Assembly: GCF_947568905.1 (NCBI RefSeq)
Contig: NC_079164.1
Span: forward strand, 69,068,001-69,132,000
Direction of reading: 5' to 3'
Length of the DNA stretch: 64,000 nucleotides
Origin: Ostrea edulis
Taxonomy: Eukaryota
Under the pieces are notes generated by a model, which worked only from the letters and a program-made list of their open reading frames with translations, was not told the origin of the DNA and made no database searches. Made by a program: the position numbers and the translations under genes. Positions 58,051-64,000 of the stretch are shown piece after piece (the stretch's first letter is position 1; every line of letters begins with the position of its first letter).

Positions 58051-61000
58051 GAGCTTCGCTCGGTATAAAATGAGTATATCTTAATATTCATTACTGTTAT
58101 CGAGCTTTCGTCGGTGAAAATCTCGAAATGGCGTGTTTCACTGCGCATGTTGACGGTAAGGTTTACATTTTCTACGTGAGTATTTTGATATTTGCTTTGT
58201 GATATTTTAAGCGCATACGGCTAGGAATAATGGAAATTTTCTCACCTATGTATGTAAAGACATATTCTATAGATTTCTAATTTTGAAAGTGTAGAACACT
58301 TTTATCAAATGACAATGTGTTTGAGAACACTAAGAGCCCCAATGTCAGAATTTCCTTTTCTAAGACATTAATATGTCAAATTCATAATCCTTTTCGAATA
58401 GTATGTACCATATTTTGTACCAGTTATCCATTTGAATCCCCTATTACAATGGGATTAAGTTGCACTTTTGTGAATGAGTGTGTGTCAAACACAAGTAATT
58501 TAAATTTTCATCAGTCTCATAAATATGCTTCATGATTAATTTTTCAAAAATTTGCATTCCAATGTATCTTTGAATATTATTAATTCTAACATATATAGCA
58601 GCCCCAAACATTGCTATATCAAATACAGATGGACAGTCACTTTCCTCTAATAACCCTCAGCGGGGCCCTTGCTGACCGTGTCAGTTTTCTAGTTGCAGAA
58701 CTTGCAGTTAATCTCAGCACACCTCATCTTATTCTTATGTGTTCCTGTTGTCTTAATATTATTTTTGATGCAGTTTTAAACTGGTCGCACAAGTGCTACA
58801 ACCTCATGAAACGGTCCTGACGAGACATCGTAACCTTCGGCCGGCAAGTTGTACCAGTCAGTCTCTTAACTAAATCGTTTGTATAACGAGATATTATGCT
58901 TTTGTGGACATTCGGAGCTCTTGTCAAGTAATTGCGCTGTCTTTAATGTGTTCATATATTCCAGGCAATATGCGTCCTTCACACGTTGCTTGCTTGGGAA
59001 TGTGTGTGATATGCAATTCAAAACTGCTAACAATAATAATGTAACTTATATTTGTATCTACACCCCTTTGATTTTTTTGTTTTGTTTATATATTCCATGT
59101 AAAATAACTTTATTTTCGGTACCAAAGTTTCTGACCTTGTGTCCTTGACCTTGGAATTAAACTTGCTCTAGAGCAGGTCCAAAATAGCCGTATAGTGTTG
59201 ATCAATATAACATATTATGTAAAGTATTTCATTAATATGGACACTTTCTGGGGCATTTATATTTAAGAACATCTAGTTTTATACTACTGTGAAATATTAG
59301 AATTTAGCTTAGATATGCAGCATTACTATAGAAACGTATTGTGGATTTCACAACCCTGAGGGGTTGTGTTTAGTGATACGTTTTAACTCAGGTGACCGAT
59401 AAGGCCTGTGGGCCACTTGGGTTTTTTTTTTTTTTTTAGATGAATGTGTCTCCTCTATCAGCTCATAAATTTCAATTCTGGATGAAAAACATATAGTCTG
59501 GACGCCTAGCAACACTTTCAAAAGATAATTATAATTACCTGTTGGCCGTCAGTCACCATGTATATTAACTACCGGCGACGCGCAAGCTGCATAGGAAGCT
59601 GCACGTGTTCTACATCATGTGATAATAAGTAACTACATGCCATATGTTAGTGGAAATGTGAGTCTGATTAATGTAAGCTTGAACTGATGAATTGAAAAAC
59701 CAAACCCCACTGTGCCACGATTAGATATAGGATTTTGAAGAATGGGCAAAACTACCACTTTAGTGCTTTCATCATTTCATATTTTAAATTTTGTTGTATG
59801 TCAGGAGTTTTCAGACATTGTGAAGTACTCCGCCGGATGCTCCTCCCACCTCTGAAAAACGATGCCTTTAGGAACTGTGTATTCCTATTTTAAGAAACAC
59901 GAATAGTCGCATTTACAAAAGCCACATATGTTTGACTGTAATAGTGTTATGTAGTCTGGTGCGAACATTAAACTCTAATGAGGTGATACTAGTGCGAGGT
60001 AGATCGATAGTACATCAAAGTACTTTCTCAGATAATGATGCGGTCAACACGTCTGGCATCACAACAAAGAATACAACTAAATTAAGCATTAACTGTAATG
60101 GCCGTCGTGTTGCTAATCATGCCGGGAGTACTGTGGTCGATACCAATTATCAGTATATTCTTACTGTGTAGAAATTTGTAAAATTGCGAATGTTTTGGAG
60201 CTTGAGTTGAAGAGAAAGAACAGATTAAGAAATCTAAGGGCACATGTAATCAGACTGAACACAACACGGGCGACATGTTAAATATTACATATGTACGTGA
60301 ACCTACAGTGAACATCTCTAACGATGTGATTTTATACTTAATTGATGTCATATGAAGAATCAAATAATCACTTTATCGATCGTTTTCATTTCCATCTCAC
60401 ATATTGAACGAAACAGTTAATATCACAATGATAAACGACTTGACCTTAAGTGGAAGGTCATTTGAACTGGTGGTCTGTTTTAAATACATGTCTGTTGTTG
60501 TGATGCACTGTACATTGAAAATTCAGCACATCTGTTTGATAAAGGCAGTAATTAATTTTGATTGCTGAAACGAACAATGCCACGGAGTTCTTTAGGAAAG
60601 TTCGTTTTAAACATTTCATCTTCATGTGTCTCAGGGAGGCTTTGAAATGTGTTTGCCTTGTATCAGAAATTCGATATAAACCCCATGGTTGTCAGGACTG
60701 GACAATAGTGGCCTTGTTCGAATCGCGTACGTGTTTTATTTTACCGAAGCGCAGTTTGAAAATAAAATAAGTTGTGAGTAATGTGTATTTATTTTCTCTA
60801 CAAAGAGATTTGTGTAACCAATTTCATATAGTTGTTATAAAGCCATTATCCGATGTTCTTTCTTTTCACACCCCCCCCCCCTTATTTTGTGTCTTCTGTA
60901 TATAATGTTTATACCTACAACTTTTTATTACCAATACCACATTAAAATGTATACTATTTGATAAATTCATACGATATTATAGTAGAATTAATGATATGCT

Positions 61001-61557
61001 GCCATCTAATGAATTGCCTATTTTAATGCAATGATCAAATTATTACATCCTTTGTGTATATTATGTGTTCTGATTTTTGTATGACCTCGTACCTTCTAAA
61101 GAGAGGATTTTTATAGGCAGTGCCTGCTGTCCGATCCTATTATGAATTATCAAAATTAAATACTGCTTGAATTAAAGTAATGTGTATGTGATTACATTCA
61201 TGACTGTTAGTCTGTAATGTATATAAAATCATCGCCGAATGACTCGACGACATACGCGACGTTCCTCAATCATTTGTATTTTTTATGGGCGACGGAAAGG
61301 GCAAACAAAAAACAACAAAAAACACACACACACACAAAAACACCCAAAAAACAAAACAAAAAACCATATACATGTATTAAAGAGAAGATAGATACTTGAT
61401 AGAATTTCAATGACCATAAAAACTTGATAGATGACATTAATTAGATGCTTAAATAACGGACCATTTTGCAAAACAAATATACATAAAAGCAAAATTAACG
61501 ATATGGTACGTAACGAATAGACGTAATTGTTATCTATGCAAAACGAGCAATACGTAA

Positions 61558-62023
61558 AACAAGAGGCCCATGGGCCACCTCGCTCACCTGAGCAGCAGTT
61601 TCTTGCGATAAACAAGCTTTAGTAAAACTGTCATTATACAAGCAGCTTGGTTCAGGGGAAAAAATTCAAAGGTAACGACTAATATTCATTAATTATCAAA
61701 CTTGACTCCAAATTCATCAATTACCATATGCCCTTATAGACGGATATGGCCTTTCATATTGACAAATTTCATCTAAGTACATGTATTCTTTGTGCCAAGT
61801 TTGGTTCCCTATACATTCGCAAGTAAAACTTTGATCCCCTATTGTGGCCCCTTCCTAACCCCAGGGGTCATGAATTTTTACAAACTTGCATCTCCACTTT
61901 GACACAAAGCTTTCATGTAAATTTCAGCTCTTCTGGACCAGTGGTTCTTGAGAAGAAGATTTTTAAAATTTATGAGCCCACCTTATTTTTACATTTTTAT
62001 ACCCCCCGAACAAAGTTCTGGGG

Positions 62024-62061
<38 letters not shown>

Positions 62062-63033
62062 CGTCCGTCCGTCCGTCTCTCTGTCTGTGCAGATTCGTGT
62101 CCGGGCCATAACTTCTTTGTTCTTTGACTTAGGCATACCATATTTGGCACACAGGTAGATCACCATGAGACGATGTGTCGAGTACCTTCATGACCTCTAT
62201 ATGACCTTGACCTCAAGGTCAAAATTAAAGTTTTTTTTACAATATATTTGTGTCCGGGCCATAACTTTTGTTCTTTGACATAGGCATACCATATTTGACA
62301 CATGAGTGTATCACCATGAGAAGATATGTCATATACCTTCATGACCTCCATATGACCTTGACCTCAAGGTCAAAATTAAAGTTTTTACAATGGATTCGTG
62401 TCAGGACCATGACTTCTTTGTTCTTTGACATAGGCATATCATATTTGACACACGAGTGTATCACCATGAGACGATGTGTCGAGTACCTTCATGACCTCTA
62501 TATGACCTTGAACTTTGACCTCAAGGTCAAAATTGATTATAGGGTTTTGACATAGTCATACCATAAGACATGGGTGTATCACCATGAGACTATGTGTCAT
62601 GTACATTCATGACCTCTTTATGACCTACATGTAGACCTTTGATCTCAAGGTCAAAATTATAGGTTTATGCCATGGATTTGTGTTCGGACTATATCTTCCA
62701 TTTTCTTCTACAAAGGCATACCATATTTTTACACTCAGGAAAGAGATAATTTATACCTATTAACAACACCCTTTGGGAGATTGGGGTAAGCGGGGGGTAT
62801 TCTTACTGAGCATTGCTCACAGTACATCTTGTTGTGATTATCTCCCCTTTAAATGGGCCATGGCCCTTCATTTGAACCCCTCCCCCTCCTTACCCAAGGA
62901 TGTTTAGTGCCAAATTCAGTTTAAATTGGTGTAGATGTTCTGGAGAAGATGAAAATGTGAAAAGTTTACGCCAACAGACAACGGACAAATTTTGATTAGA
63001 AAAGCTCACTTGAGCCCTCAGGTGGGCTAAAAA
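61558..63033 (-). mobile_element. Helentron/HINE-like element (aacaagaggcccatgggcc... gggctaaaaa ends) interrupted by a nested element
   Basis: Characteristic ends; internal repeat text resumes at ~62834 after the insertion. A related end fragment lies at ~59115-59420. Confidence 0.55.
61994..62833 (+). mobile_element. Nested Helentron/HINE-like element with (GTCT/GTCC)n and ~150-bp internal repeats
   Basis: tttttataccccc...ggggg hairpin, ctgtctgtctgtccgtccgt, units at ~62099, 62252, 62399, terminal ...tacatcttgtt. Confidence 0.65.
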
Positions 63034-64000
63034 CAAGACAAACCACTTAATACTCAGGAAATGATAATTTATGCACATTAGTGTTATTTTGCAAATAATT
63101 GACCATAAAATCAAGATAAACGGTTTCTCGTCACTCATATTGAAATCCAGATACATAAGTGCGAAAAGAGTAGACAAAAACCTAAAACGAACGGACGCGT
63201 AAACAGTCGTAGGGTGGCGCCCCATGAATTTTTACGTCACATTTTTTTTCTTTTTGGTGTGATGTACGTAAACTAACTCAAGGGCCTGAATCCTTCGGCA
63301 CCGGCTCTGGGTAAGACACCACAAATTTTGACATTTGCAAGGTTAAGGCGTTCAATGTTCCTCAATACTGGCAACGCCTGAAGTCATAAAGTAACGTTTG
63401 TCTTTTTTTTATTTATCTATTTATTCATTTATTTTGGGGTTTTTTGTTTTTGGCATTGTTCATGATTATCCGAATGACCTGTGAATTTAACCTTTGATGC
63501 CCGGAGCTTGGTGAAGGAACATTCACTACGTACATGTATGTTTTCTTGAACGTCTCGAGTTTGACGCGAACAGGACCTCCGCCACGCGAAGCGATGATAG
63601 ATTGAAAATCTTTTCAAGCTTGAACAACATTACTGAAGAACGATTTATTGAGTAAATTGTAGGAGCTAAACACTTTAAACTTGTTTTTTAATTGTCAGTT
63701 TAATGAAGTATGGAGATATATATTAAACGATTTGAATTTGTTTTACAAATGCTTGTGTACTGCCATTTTGTTCATTATAACACTTACTTTCACGGCCAAG
63801 ATTTATAATTACTCTAAATCTAGCAAGAACGTGGAATCTTTCAGTCATACGGTGGGTTTTTCAGTCCAACTTTTCATTCAACAAAGGAAATACACTAAAT
63901 AAAACACAAATTCAACACCGGTAACTAGAATTTACTCAGACTGATGGCGAAACATCATAAAAGACATTTTAAACAAGAAGTACATGCAGGGATATCAATT

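Noticed and set aside
59932-60171. Possible coding exon (79-aa ORF; hydrophobic stretch on -)
   Set aside because: No recognisable motif, stops in the plausible frames, and no linked exons.

Overview
AT-rich, intron-containing eukaryotic DNA that looks like a bivalve (oyster-type) genome, judged from its repeat families and gene content. I reconstructed the genes by hand from splice sites and reading-frame phase. (1) A tandem pair of divergent SLC1A/EAAT-family transporter genes on +: the last two exons of one copy (247-2018) and a complete 11-exon, 479-aa copy (7669-13179). The complete copy has lost the canonical Na+/H+-coupling residues, and the partial copy shares the TM8 loss. (2) A 7.45-kb ISL2EU-type PIF/Harbinger transposon (20075-27524, 15-bp TIRs, AT TSD) with a DDE transposase and a convergent SWIM/YqaJ exonuclease gene. 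(3) A 21-coding-exon FYCO1 gene on - (27964-49967, about 1758 aa; RUN, coiled-coil, FYVE, LIR, GOLD). (4) A two-exon BTB-BACK-PHR gene on + (51696-53132). The rest is Naiad-type Penelope-like retroelement fragments, an L1/Tx1-type LINE, Helentron-like elements, MITEs, minisatellites and one minimal hammerhead ribozyme. The most striking unexplained signal is a 32 x 20-nt array filling most of a FYCO1 intron. In the pre-mRNA sense, 22 of its units carry the exact 11-nt complement of the U1 snRNA 5' end (CAG|GTAAGTAT). Two other introns in the window also carry duplicated splice donors. No database searches could be run, so family assignments rest on recognised motifs.
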